A DNA stretch of 64,000 bases from an uncultured Pelagibacteraceae bacterium (GTDB lineage: Bacteria > Pseudomonadota > Alphaproteobacteria > Pelagibacterales > Pelagibacteraceae). Numbering within the stretch: position 1 is the stretch's first letter; each line of letters opens with the position of its first letter. The translations under genes were made by a program, and so were the position numbers. The DNA is taken from positions 1,932 to 65,931 of the forward strand of contig CACFMO010000005.1 in assembly GCA_902567495.1 (NCBI GenBank). Reading direction: 5' to 3'. The notes beneath the pieces were generated by a model that saw only the letters and a program-made list of their open reading frames with translations, made no database searches and was not told the origin of the DNA. Positions 51,694-60,250 of this stretch are shown in pieces.

Positions 51694-52437
51694 TTATCTT
51701 CTTTGACCGAAAAGTCTCAAAAGCATTATAAATAAATTAATAAAATCTAAATATAATGTTAAAGCACCCATAACCGCTTTTTTTCCTGATATCTCGCTAC
51801 TATCACCCTCTAAATACATATTTTTAATTTTTTGAGTATCATAAGCAGTTAATCCAACAAAAATTAGAACGCCTAATATTGATATAACAAAGTACATCAT
51901 TGGAGATTTCATGAATATGTTAACTATGGATGCAATAATTATCCCAATTAAGCCCATCATTAAAAATGATCCAAATTTAGTAAGATCTCTTTTTGTCGTA
52001 TAGCCATAAATACTCATTGCTCCAAAAGTCCCTGCTGTAATAAAAAATACTCTTGTAATAGACGTGCCCGTATAAACTAAAAAAATAGATGATAGGGATA
52101 ATCCCATCAATGCTGAAAATATCCAAAAAGTTGTTTGAGCTTTTGATACACTCATTTTCCTTATACCAAAACTCATATAGATAACCACACCAAGTGGTGC
52201 GAGCATCACAACCCAAGCCAAACCAGAATTATATAGTGAGTTGCCTAATGGTGACAAAGTCAAAGGTGACAAAGAAATTACAGAAAATTTAAAAGTTAGT
52301 AAAGCTACAATACCTGTTACTAATAGAGCTGAGCCCATGTAATTGTAAACTCGAAGCATGTAAGCTCTTAAACCCTGGTCAATTAGAGCTTCTGATGCTG
52401 ATGATCTTGCTGTTGTAGTTTGTTTATTTATAGCCAT
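51694..52437 (-). CDS. Bax inhibitor-1 / YccA-YbhL family membrane protein
   Basis: 247 aa with 7 TM helices, N-terminal GLRAYMLRVYNYM, and a C-terminal LYLDFINLFIMLLRLFG. Confidence 0.88.
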   Translation of the reverse strand: MAINKQTTTARSSASEALIDQGLRAYMLRVYNYMGSALLVTGIVALLTFKFSVISLSPLTLSPLGNSLYNSGLAWVVMLAPLGVVIYMSFGIRKMSVSKAQTTFWIFSALMGLSLSSIFLVYTGTSITRVFFITAGTFGAMSIYGYTTKRDLTKFGSFLMMGLIGIIIASIVNIFMKSPMMYFVISILGVLIFVGLTAYDTQKIKNMYLEGDSSEISGKKAVMGALTLYLDFINLFIMLLRLFGQRR

Positions 52438-52514
52438 AAATTTAATATATGATTTTTTAATGACTTTTCAATAGTCAATAATTGCTTTAAAAAAATCAAT
52501 AAATTAAGGATTTA

Positions 52515-53555
52515 ATGAAGTTTAAAAAACTTGGAAGCACTGATTTAAAAGTAAGTCTCATTTGTTTAGGTACAATGACTTGGGGAGAACAAAATACTCA
52601 AGAAGAAGGTTTTGATCAAATGGATTACGCTCTAGAAAGAGGGGTAAATTTTTTCGATACAGCAGAGCTTTATGCTATTCCACCTAAAGCAAAAACTTAT
52701 GGCAAAACAGAAGAAATAATTGGCAACTGGTTTAAACTTAGAAAAAATAGAAAAAAAATAATTTTAGCAAGTAAAATTGCTGGTCCAGGTTTAAAATGGA
52801 TCAGAGGTGGGGGTTCACAATACTCTCCAGAAAGTATTGAGGATGCATTACATAAAAGTCTTAAAAGGTTACAAACAGACTATATTGATTTGTATCAGCT
52901 TCATTGGCCTGAAAGGAATACTAATTATTTTGGTGATTTAGATTATGAACACAACATTAATGAAAAATCATGGAATAGTTTTGAAAGTATCTTAAAAACT
53001 TTAAAAAAATTTATTGATCAAGGAAAAATTAAATATATAGGTTTATCAAACGAGACCCCATGGGGTTTTTCAAAATTTTTAGAGATAGCTAAAGAGCAGA
53101 AATTACCAAGAGTAGTTTCAGTACAAAATCCATATAGTTTAATAAATAGATCTTACGAGATTGGAATGTCAGAAATTTCAATGAGAGAGAAAGCTGGTCT
53201 CTTGGCATATTCTCCATTAGCGGTTGGTTATCTGACTGGAAAATATAGAAACAAAGAAATCCCAAAAAATTCAAGATTAGATCTGTTTTACGAAAATTAT
53301 CCAAGGTATCATAATGAAAGAACCTATGAAGCGGTTGATGAATATTTCAAAATTGCTCAAAAATATAAAATATCTTTATCACAACTCTCTCTTGCCTTTG
53401 TAAATTCAAGAGATTTCGTAACTAGCAATATTATTGGGGCAACCACAATGAAGCAATTAAAAGAAAATATAGATAGTATAGATATAGGCTTGGAAGAAAA
53501 TATTATGCATGAAATAAACTTAATTCATGAAAAAATTCCAAATCCCGCACCTTAA
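52515..53555 (+). CDS. NADP-dependent aldo/keto reductase (Tas-like)
   Basis: LGTMTWG, FFDTAELY, IDLYQLHWP, and IGLSNETPWG. Confidence 0.9.
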   Translation: MKFKKLGSTDLKVSLICLGTMTWGEQNTQEEGFDQMDYALERGVNFFDTAELYAIPPKAKTYGKTEEIIGNWFKLRKNRKKIILASKIAGPGLKWIRGGGSQYSPESIEDALHKSLKRLQTDYIDLYQLHWPERNTNYFGDLDYEHNINEKSWNSFESILKTLKKFIDQGKIKYIGLSNETPWGFSKFLEIAKEQKLPRVVSVQNPYSLINRSYEIGMSEISMREKAGLLAYSPLAVGYLTGKYRNKEIPKNSRLDLFYENYPRYHNERTYEAVDEYFKIAQKYKISLSQLSLAFVNSRDFVTSNIIGATTMKQLKENIDSIDIGLEENIMHEINLIHEKIPNPAP

Positions 53556-53618
53556 TTAAACAACTATTGAAAAGATCAAAAATTTGTATAAATTGAATTA
53601 TCAGTCTAAATTTAAAAA

Positions 53619-54119
53619 ATGAAAAAAATTTCGGTTCTATTAACATTATTTACTTTTTTATTTTCATCAAATGTTTTTAGTGATCAACCAAAAAGTATCG
53701 GTAAATATAAAAGCTGGGAGGCTTTTACATATAATGGTAGTAACGGGAAAATTTGTTTTGCACAAACTATTCCTTTAGATAGAGCTCCAAAAAATTTAAA
53801 AAGAGATCCATCAAGGCTTTTTGTGACTTTCAGAAAGAATGAAAAGATCAAGAATGAGCTTAGTGTAACTAGCGGCCACATGTATAAAAAATCTTCAGTA
53901 ATGGCAAAATCAGGAAAAAATGAATTTTTGTTTTTTTCACAAGGAAATTTTGCTTGGTTGATAGATGGAGAAGAGGAATTCAATCTTATAAAAACTATGA
54001 AGAGAGCTTCAAAATTATCTGTAACAGCGAGAACAAGCACAGGTACGGAAACAAAAGATATGTATTCCATGATGGGTTTCACTAAAGCTTATAATACCGC
54101 TAGAAAAAGTTGTGCCTAA
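53619..54119 (+). CDS. Secreted small protein, possibly Invasion-associated-locus-B (IalB) family
   Basis: Signal peptide, W...C pattern ([20 protein letters not shown]), and a C-terminal Cys. The size (166 aa) and alphaproteobacterial context fit IalB-like proteins. This is a weak call. Confidence 0.4.
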   Translation: MKKISVLLTLFTFLFSSNVFSDQPKSIGKYKSWEAFTYNGSNGKICFAQTIPLDRAPKNLKRDPSRLFVTFRKNEKIKNELSVTSGHMYKKSSVMAKSGKNEFLFFSQGNFAWLIDGEEEFNLIKTMKRASKLSVTARTSTGTETKDMYSMMGFTKAYNTARKSCA

Positions 54120-55302
54120 AAAAAAGAATAAAATTGTTTTAGCTTACTCTGGAGGGCTAGACACCTCTATAATTTTAAAATGGCTTCAAGAAAATTATAA
54201 CTCAGAAATTATTGCTTACACTGCAGACATCGGACAAGAAATCAACAAAAGTAAAATTATCAAAAATGCAAAAAGATTGGGTGTAAAAAACATAATTATT
54301 GAGGATTTGAAAAATACTTTCGTTAAAGATTATGTTTACCCAATGATTAGAGGTCACGCATTATACGAAGGTGTTTATTTGTTAGGAACGTCTATAGCAA
54401 GACCTTTGATCGCTAAAAGACAGATTGCTATTGCTAAAAAATTTAAAGCATTTGCTGTATCACACGGTTCAACAGGAAAAGGAAACGATCAAATAAGATT
54501 TGAGCTTGGATACTATTACTTTGGACCAAAGATAAAAGTAATTGCCCCTTGGAGAATTTGGAAATTAAAATCTAGAACTGATTTAATAAAATACGCAAAA
54601 AAACATAACATAGCTATACCGAAAGATAAAAAGGGGGCACCACCTTTTTCTGTTGATGATAATCTCTATCACACTTCAACGGAAGGTAAGGTATTGGAAG
54701 ATCCAAGAAAACAGGCACCAGAATATATTTTTCAAAGAACGGTTTCACCTGAAAAAGCACCTAGCAAACCAACTTATGTAACCATAGGATTTAAAAAAGG
54801 TGATCCCATATCAGTAAATAATAAAAAATTAGCACCAGCAAAACTACTTCAAAAATTAAATTTACTTGCAGGTAAGAATGGAGTTGGAAGAGTTGATTTA
54901 GTTGAAAATAGATTTATTGGAATAAAATCGAGAGGAGTTTACGAAACTCCAGGAGGAACTCTTTTGATGATAGCACATAGAGCTATGGAGTCCGTAACTT
55001 TAGATAAGAAAACTATGCATGAGAAGGATGAAATTATGCCGAAGTATGCTGAACTGATTTATAATGGTTTTTGGTTTTCAAAATCAAGACTTAAACTACA
55101 GAGAAAAGTCGACCTAAAAAGAAATCAAGTAAATGGAAATATTAAACTTAAGTTATACAAAGGTAATGTTACAATTTTATCAAGACAGAGTAACAGTAAA
55201 GCATACTCTATTGATAAAGTGTCTTTTGAAGAAAATAAAAGTTTCAAAAAGTCAAAAGTTGAGAGATTTATATTGGGTGCGGCAAGAAAGCTTAGGGTTT
55301 AA
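54112..55302 (+). CDS. argG: Argininosuccinate synthase
   Basis: [23 protein letters not shown], and [19 protein letters not shown]. Confidence 0.96.
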   Translation: MPKKKNKIVLAYSGGLDTSIILKWLQENYNSEIIAYTADIGQEINKSKIIKNAKRLGVKNIIIEDLKNTFVKDYVYPMIRGHALYEGVYLLGTSIARPLIAKRQIAIAKKFKAFAVSHGSTGKGNDQIRFELGYYYFGPKIKVIAPWRIWKLKSRTDLIKYAKKHNIAIPKDKKGAPPFSVDDNLYHTSTEGKVLEDPRKQAPEYIFQRTVSPEKAPSKPTYVTIGFKKGDPISVNNKKLAPAKLLQKLNLLAGKNGVGRVDLVENRFIGIKSRGVYETPGGTLLMIAHRAMESVTLDKKTMHEKDEIMPKYAELIYNGFWFSKSRLKLQRKVDLKRNQVNGNIKLKLYKGNVTILSRQSNSKAYSIDKVSFEENKSFKKSKVERFILGAARKLRV

Positions 55303-55329
55303 GTATAATTAAAAATATAAAAAACTCCT

Positions 55330-55725
55330 ATGAATATGAACATTATAATCAGAAATATTCAGTTAGTTGCTGTAATATTTATTTTGGTCGGAACTGTGTT
55401 GGCTTTTGGTTTTGAAATCAACGAAATGTATAAAGTTGGTCGTGTAACTTTAGCAGACCTTCTTTTGATGTTTATCTATATTGAAGTTATCGGAATGATT
55501 GGAGTTTTCTGGGCTAGTAAAACAATAAGAATTACTTACCCTGTATTAATTGCAATCACAGCATTAGCTAGACTAATAATTTTGCAAGACAAAGATAGTG
55601 CCTCAGTAAATTTAATTTATCAGGGTGCTGCTATTCTATTATTAGCTTTATCAGTTTTTTTCTTAACTTTGAGATACAGCAAAAAACTTGGAATGGATAA
55701 AAAAAATCCTGGTGAGGAAGCTTAA
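55330..55725 (+). CDS. psiE: PsiE-family (phosphate-starvation-inducible E-like) membrane protein
   Basis: MFIYIEVIGMI...IAITALARLIILQDKDSASVNLIYQGAAILLLAL is collinear with E. coli PsiE (YFLYFEFIALI...[30 protein letters not shown]) as I recall it. Confidence 0.65.
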   Translation: MNMNIIIRNIQLVAVIFILVGTVLAFGFEINEMYKVGRVTLADLLLMFIYIEVIGMIGVFWASKTIRITYPVLIAITALARLIILQDKDSASVNLIYQGAAILLLALSVFFLTLRYSKKLGMDKKNPGEEA

Positions 55726-55731
55726 AAAAAC

Positions 55732-56151
55732 ATGAAACAACTGGTAGCAATTGTTGCATATTACATGTTTGGATATCTTATTTTTTGGACTTTTCTTCAT
55801 GAGACAGATCTTTTTCCAAAAGTTTGGGTACAAGATAATTTTAGTATAGCAATTTATTTATGGGTTTTCTTTTTTATAGTTCCACTTTTTCTAATTGCTC
55901 TTGGAACAGAATATATTAAAAGACGAATTGCTGATTTTAAATCACTAGGACAAGGTTCGAGATGGCCACTTTATATTTTATTATTTGGTGTTTGGGACCT
56001 AATGGTTGGTTTTGCTTATTTGCTGTTCTCCTATTTCGAAATCACACATGTAACTATGATAATTGCAAACGGATTATTCATTACTGGAACTTATTTAACA
56101 TTTTTGAGTTTTGGGATAGCAAAGAAATTGCAATTGAATAAAAATAATTAA
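55732..56151 (+). CDS. Hypothetical 4-TM membrane protein
   Basis: 139-aa hydrophobic ORF with tight spacing to its neighbours. I recognise no motif. Confidence 0.5.
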   Translation: MKQLVAIVAYYMFGYLIFWTFLHETDLFPKVWVQDNFSIAIYLWVFFFIVPLFLIALGTEYIKRRIADFKSLGQGSRWPLYILLFGVWDLMVGFAYLLFSYFEITHVTMIIANGLFITGTYLTFLSFGIAKKLQLNKNN

Positions 56152-56155
56152 ATAT

Positions 56156-56872
56156 ATGGCTAATAAAATTTTAATATTTGGTGCTACTGGGGCTGTTGGA
56201 AGTTCTCTTGCCAAATTAATGCAAAATGGATCAACTGAATGTCATCTTATAGGAAAAAATCAGGATGAAGTTTCAAGACTGGCAGATGAAACTGGTCATA
56301 GCTTTAGTGTTGCTGATGTATTAGAAGAAGGTTTTTTAGATAAAATTGATAGTGATCTTGCTGACACTGAAATTAAAGGTATTGCTTATTGCGTAGGATC
56401 TATAGACCTTAAACCAATAAATTTGATTTCAAAAAAAGATGTAATGAAATCATTTTCACTAAATTTATTTCCTATTTACGACATTATAAAAAAATTTCAT
56501 CAAAGTTTAAAAAATAATAAAGGATCAATAGTTTTGTTTTCGACGGTTGCTGCAAATCAAGGTTTCCCTAATCATGGAATTATCTCGCCGGTAAAAGCAT
56601 CTTTGGAGGGTCTCACTATTTCTTTGGCAGCAGAATTTTCTCCAAACGTAAGAGTTAATTGTATTGCTCCAAGTATGAGTAACTCAAAAATGGCTAGTAA
56701 AATTTTAAAAAATCCAAAAATTGCTGAAGGTATTGCTAAAATGCATCCACTCAAAAGACTTGGCGAAGGAAAAGACTCGGCAGCACTCGCAAAGTTTCTT
56801 CTATCTGATGAAAGCTCATGGATTACTGGTCAAATTATTGGAGTTGATGGTGGAAGATCAAACGTTGGTTAA
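56156..56872 (+). CDS. Short-chain dehydrogenase/reductase-fold protein (atypical active site)
   Basis: Rossmann motif IFGATGAVGSS, the SDR-like LFSTVAA Ser and IAPS block. The Y-x3-K position reads I-S-P-V-K (see findings). Confidence 0.75.
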   Translation: MANKILIFGATGAVGSSLAKLMQNGSTECHLIGKNQDEVSRLADETGHSFSVADVLEEGFLDKIDSDLADTEIKGIAYCVGSIDLKPINLISKKDVMKSFSLNLFPIYDIIKKFHQSLKNNKGSIVLFSTVAANQGFPNHGIISPVKASLEGLTISLAAEFSPNVRVNCIAPSMSNSKMASKILKNPKIAEGIAKMHPLKRLGEGKDSAALAKFLLSDESSWITGQIIGVDGGRSNVG

Positions 56873-57420
56873 TATTTCTCAACACTACCGATATAATTAA
56901 GATTTTTATCAACTACAACAATTTCACCAGAGGAAACTGTTTTGTTCAAACTTTCTAAAATCACTACATAATGAGTAATCAAAATTAAATTTTTATTACT
57001 TTCCCAGTTATTTAAAAATTTATTTAAATCTTTCATCTGTTTTTCTTTATTTTTTTTAAATTTTGAGGAAAAAAAAGAGTTAAGAGCATTAAAAGTCTCA
57101 TAATCTTTAAAAGCAAATTTAGCCGTATCTTTACAGCGACACCATTCACTGGATAATACCTTGTCTATAGGAATATTATTTTGTTGAAAAAAAAACCCCA
57201 TTTTTTTTGATTGTTCAATACCTTGACTATCTAAATTCCTCTGAGTTGAACAATCATCCAATCTAAAATTTTCTGGATCTCCACCACCAGGCGCAATCGC
57301 ATGTCTTATAAATACAATATTACCACCTTTTTTTAACTGTTTGATTACGATCTCATCAGATTTTACGTTCGTTAAAAGTAAAGTAAAAATAGATAAAATA
57401 ATTAAAAGTTTTTTATGCAT
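56869..57420 (-). CDS. Secreted histidine-phosphatase-superfamily protein (phosphoglycerate-mutase-like)
   Basis: Signal peptide, FIRHAIAPGGGDP (RHG-type motif), and a second His in LILITHYVV. Confidence 0.72.
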   Translation of the reverse strand: MHKKLLIILSIFTLLLTNVKSDEIVIKQLKKGGNIVFIRHAIAPGGGDPENFRLDDCSTQRNLDSQGIEQSKKMGFFFQQNNIPIDKVLSSEWCRCKDTAKFAFKDYETFNALNSFFSSKFKKNKEKQMKDLNKFLNNWESNKNLILITHYVVILESLNKTVSSGEIVVVDKNLNYIGSVEKY

Positions 57421-57480
57421 GTGCTTAAATAGATAATATCAAATAAACGTGAAAAGTATTATCTAAAGTTCTGATAAATT

Positions 57481-58620
57481 ATGATATTTGAAACTACACG
57501 AGATGGTGCACTAAAAAAATTGGATAATTTCATTGAAAACGAAATTATTAATTATAACTCTAAAAGAAATTTCGATTTTGGACCTAAAGAAAGAAAAAAT
57601 GTTTCATGTCTATCTCCATATATAACTCACCGACTGATAACTGAATACGAAACTGTTGAGAGAGTTTTAAAAAAACGACCTTATCAAAAAGTTGAAAAAT
57701 ATGTTCAAGAAATTTTTTGGCGGGTGTACTGGAAAGGATGGTTAGAATTAAGACCAAAAGTTTGGACAGATTTTACTGAAGATCTAAAAAATATTAAAGA
57801 TGATGAAAAGATACAGCAAGCTGTAAATGGAAAAACCCAAATTTCATGCTTTAATGATTGGGTAAATGAAATAAAAGAATTCAATTATCTTCATAACCAT
57901 ACAAGAATGTGGTTTGCGAGTATTTGGATATTTACATTAAAATTGCCTTGGCAGAAGGGTGCTGAATTTTTTTTAAAGTATCTTTTAGATGGTGATGCTG
58001 CATCTAATACTCTGAGCTGGAGATGGGTAGCTGGTCTTCAAACTAAAGGAAAAAATTATTCTGCACAATCTTGGAATATTGAAAAGTTTACAAATAATAA
58101 ATACAAAAATATAAGATTAGTTGAAAATTCAATACCATTACAGGATAAGCGTGAATACAAACTGACTGAGATCGAAAATTTTAATAATTCTGAAAAAGTA
58201 AGAAATCTTATTTTTTTTGAGAATGATTTAAATTTAGATAATTATAATTTAAATAATTATCAAAATATTTATTGCTTATTACTAGAAAATGATAAAAGAA
58301 AAATTAAACTTGATCAAAAAGTTTTAGATTTTAAAAGAATAATTATAAAAAACCATTTGAAGACATTAAGTAAAGATATAAAATTTTTAGAAAACTCACA
58401 TAATTTAAATATATTAGATGGAGTAAAAGAGTTTGATGTGATTTATCCCTCAATAGGAGAGAATCTATCTTTCATAAAACGTTTAAATAAAACAAAAAAT
58501 ATTAAATTAAGATTTTTAAAAAATGAAAAAGATTTATTTTGTTGGAATTTTTCTAATAAAGGTTATTTCAATTTTAAGTCTAATATTCCAAAAATAATAA
58601 CGAAATTTAAATTATCTTAG
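57481..58620 (+). CDS. Photolyase/cryptochrome-superfamily protein with inverted domain order (N-terminal FAD-binding catalytic domain; NewPHL-like)
   Basis: The protein starts directly with the FAD-domain blocks SCLSPYITHRLI, EIFWRVYWKGW, HNHTRMWFASIW, and LLDGDAASNTLSWRWVAGL. There is no N-terminal alpha/beta antenna domain. An unrelated C-terminal domain of about 170 aa follows instead. Confidence 0.75.
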   Translation: MIFETTRDGALKKLDNFIENEIINYNSKRNFDFGPKERKNVSCLSPYITHRLITEYETVERVLKKRPYQKVEKYVQEIFWRVYWKGWLELRPKVWTDFTEDLKNIKDDEKIQQAVNGKTQISCFNDWVNEIKEFNYLHNHTRMWFASIWIFTLKLPWQKGAEFFLKYLLDGDAASNTLSWRWVAGLQTKGKNYSAQSWNIEKFTNNKYKNIRLVENSIPLQDKREYKLTEIENFNNSEKVRNLIFFENDLNLDNYNLNNYQNIYCLLLENDKRKIKLDQKVLDFKRIIIKNHLKTLSKDIKFLENSHNLNILDGVKEFDVIYPSIGENLSFIKRLNKTKNIKLRFLKNEKDLFCWNFSNKGYFNFKSNIPKIITKFKLS

Positions 58621-58743
58621 TTTTGAGCATTTTTTTGAGCAATATTTTACCTTATCCCAGTTAAGTCTCCACTTCTTTCTCCAAGTGAATGGTCTTTTAC
58701 AAATCATACATATTTTAGAAGGTAAATTTTCTTTTTTATTCAC
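58612..58743 (-). CDS. Unannotated 43-aa four-Cys mini-protein (DUF2256-like zinc-ribbon)
   Basis: Hand translation gives (V/M)NKKENLPSKICMICKRPFTWRKKWRLNWDKVKYCSKKCSKLR, which fits the C-x2-C-x-RPF-x-WRKKW...YCS-x2-C pattern I recall for DUF2256. The GTG start at 58743 directly follows, in frame, the TAA of the upstream photolyase gene. It fills the 123-bp gap. Confidence 0.7.
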   Translation of the reverse strand: MNKKENLPSKICMICKRPFTWRKKWRLNWDKVKYCSKKCSKLR

Positions 58744-60222
58744 TTAAATAGTATTTTGTTTAATAAATTTTTGTGCAGCAGTTAGTATCAATTTTTTTCT
58801 TTCCGACTTCATTTTATCAAAGACTCTTACCATCATTGAAAGTCTTGGATTTTTAGAAAAAAATTTTCTATTTTTATTAATAAAATTCCAGTAGAGACCA
58901 TCCATAATATTACACCACCCCCCTTTTTTAAAATCCATCATTTTTAAAAAGTAGCTAGAGCCGCAAATGTATGGCTTTGTAGCAAATATCCCACCATCAC
59001 TAAAAAGTCCCATTCCGTAAACATTTGGTGCCATTACCCAGTCAGATGAGTCAACAAACATTTCCATAAACCATTTATAAACTTGCTTTGGATGTATCTG
59101 ACAAAGGTTCATTATATTTGCTAATATCATTAACCTCTCGATATGGTGAGACCAACCATAACTCACAGCATTTTTAATTGAAAAATCTAAAGGATCAAGA
59201 CCAGTTGTTCCGTTATACCAAGAAGATTTCATTTTATTTTTGTGATTAAAAAAATTTGTACTTTCAAGTCGTTTATCATAATTTTGATAAATACCTCTCA
59301 TAAACTCTCTCCAACCAATGATTTGTCTAACGTAACCCTCTAAAGAATTTATTCTTGTTTTATTTTCTATTTTTTTTACTTTTTCTAAAATTTCAGCAGG
59401 CGTTATTAAACCAATATTTATCAACGGGCTTAATGCGCTATGAAACAAAATATTCGATTTTTTGCTTACAGCATCCTCATAATCTCCAAACAAATTAATT
59501 TTTGATTTAATAAATTGATCAAAAAGTTTCTGTGTTTGATCTCTAGTCGTTGGAAACCAGAAATTTTTTGTTGTTCCAGGATGATTTTTAAAATTTAATT
59601 CAATGAATTTCTTTAGTTCCTCTGTATGAGAAGTATTTTGAAATTTTAATTGTTTAGGAACATCAACTTTATCAGGTAACTTTTTCCTATTATCTTCATC
59701 AAAACTCCATTTTCCTCCTTTTGGTGTACCATCTTTATTCATTAATATATTAAACTTTGATCTATTTATTTTGTAGAAGTTTGCCATGAATGGTTTTTTC
59801 GTGCCATTTAAGTATTTTTTGAACTCATCTCTAGATGTAAGAAACATAGGAGACTTAAATTCATTAAATTTTATATTTTTCTTTTTAAATAAAGTTTTTA
59901 ATCGTTTTTCAAAAAAAATATCTTCTATTTCAAAAAAACTTATCTCAGTAACTCTTTTGTCTTTAATTATTTTTTCAAGTTTTTTCTCATAAGAAAGTTT
60001 GAAATCTTTGTTGCAATCATTATAGATAACTTTAAACTTTTTAGATTTGAGTTCATCTCTGTAAGATCGCATTGATGATAAAAAAAGTAATATCTTTAAT
60101 TTGTGATGCTTTTGGAACGTACATAATCCAAAATCTTCTGCCATATAAAATGTGTGCTCAGAGAATTCCTTTAAATTATTTGGATTGAAAAGTTGATTTC
60201 CAAGAATTAAAAATAATTTCAT
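58744..60222 (-). CDS. Cryptochrome/photolyase-family protein of the FeS-BCP / prokaryotic (6-4) photolyase (COG3046, PhrB/CryB-like) type
   Basis: MKLFLILGNQLF start, HHKLKILLFLSSMRSY, GWREFMRGIY, GWSHHIERLM, and ATKPY...LYWNFI...NPRLSMM are hallmarks of this class. The Fe-S CxxC motif is not present (see findings). Confidence 0.85.
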   Translation of the reverse strand: MKLFLILGNQLFNPNNLKEFSEHTFYMAEDFGLCTFQKHHKLKILLFLSSMRSYRDELKSKKFKVIYNDCNKDFKLSYEKKLEKIIKDKRVTEISFFEIEDIFFEKRLKTLFKKKNIKFNEFKSPMFLTSRDEFKKYLNGTKKPFMANFYKINRSKFNILMNKDGTPKGGKWSFDEDNRKKLPDKVDVPKQLKFQNTSHTEELKKFIELNFKNHPGTTKNFWFPTTRDQTQKLFDQFIKSKINLFGDYEDAVSKKSNILFHSALSPLINIGLITPAEILEKVKKIENKTRINSLEGYVRQIIGWREFMRGIYQNYDKRLESTNFFNHKNKMKSSWYNGTTGLDPLDFSIKNAVSYGWSHHIERLMILANIMNLCQIHPKQVYKWFMEMFVDSSDWVMAPNVYGMGLFSDGGIFATKPYICGSSYFLKMMDFKKGGWCNIMDGLYWNFINKNRKFFSKNPRLSMMVRVFDKMKSERKKLILTAAQKFIKQNTI

Positions 60223-60250
60223 TAATGCAAAATATATAATTTATTAATTT

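Noticed and set aside
52438-52514. Possible ybhL-type RNA leader upstream of the BI-1/YbhL-family gene (a motif known in some alphaproteobacteria).
   Set aside because: The 77-bp spacer is almost pure A/T with no stable stems. Nothing in it resembles a structured leader.
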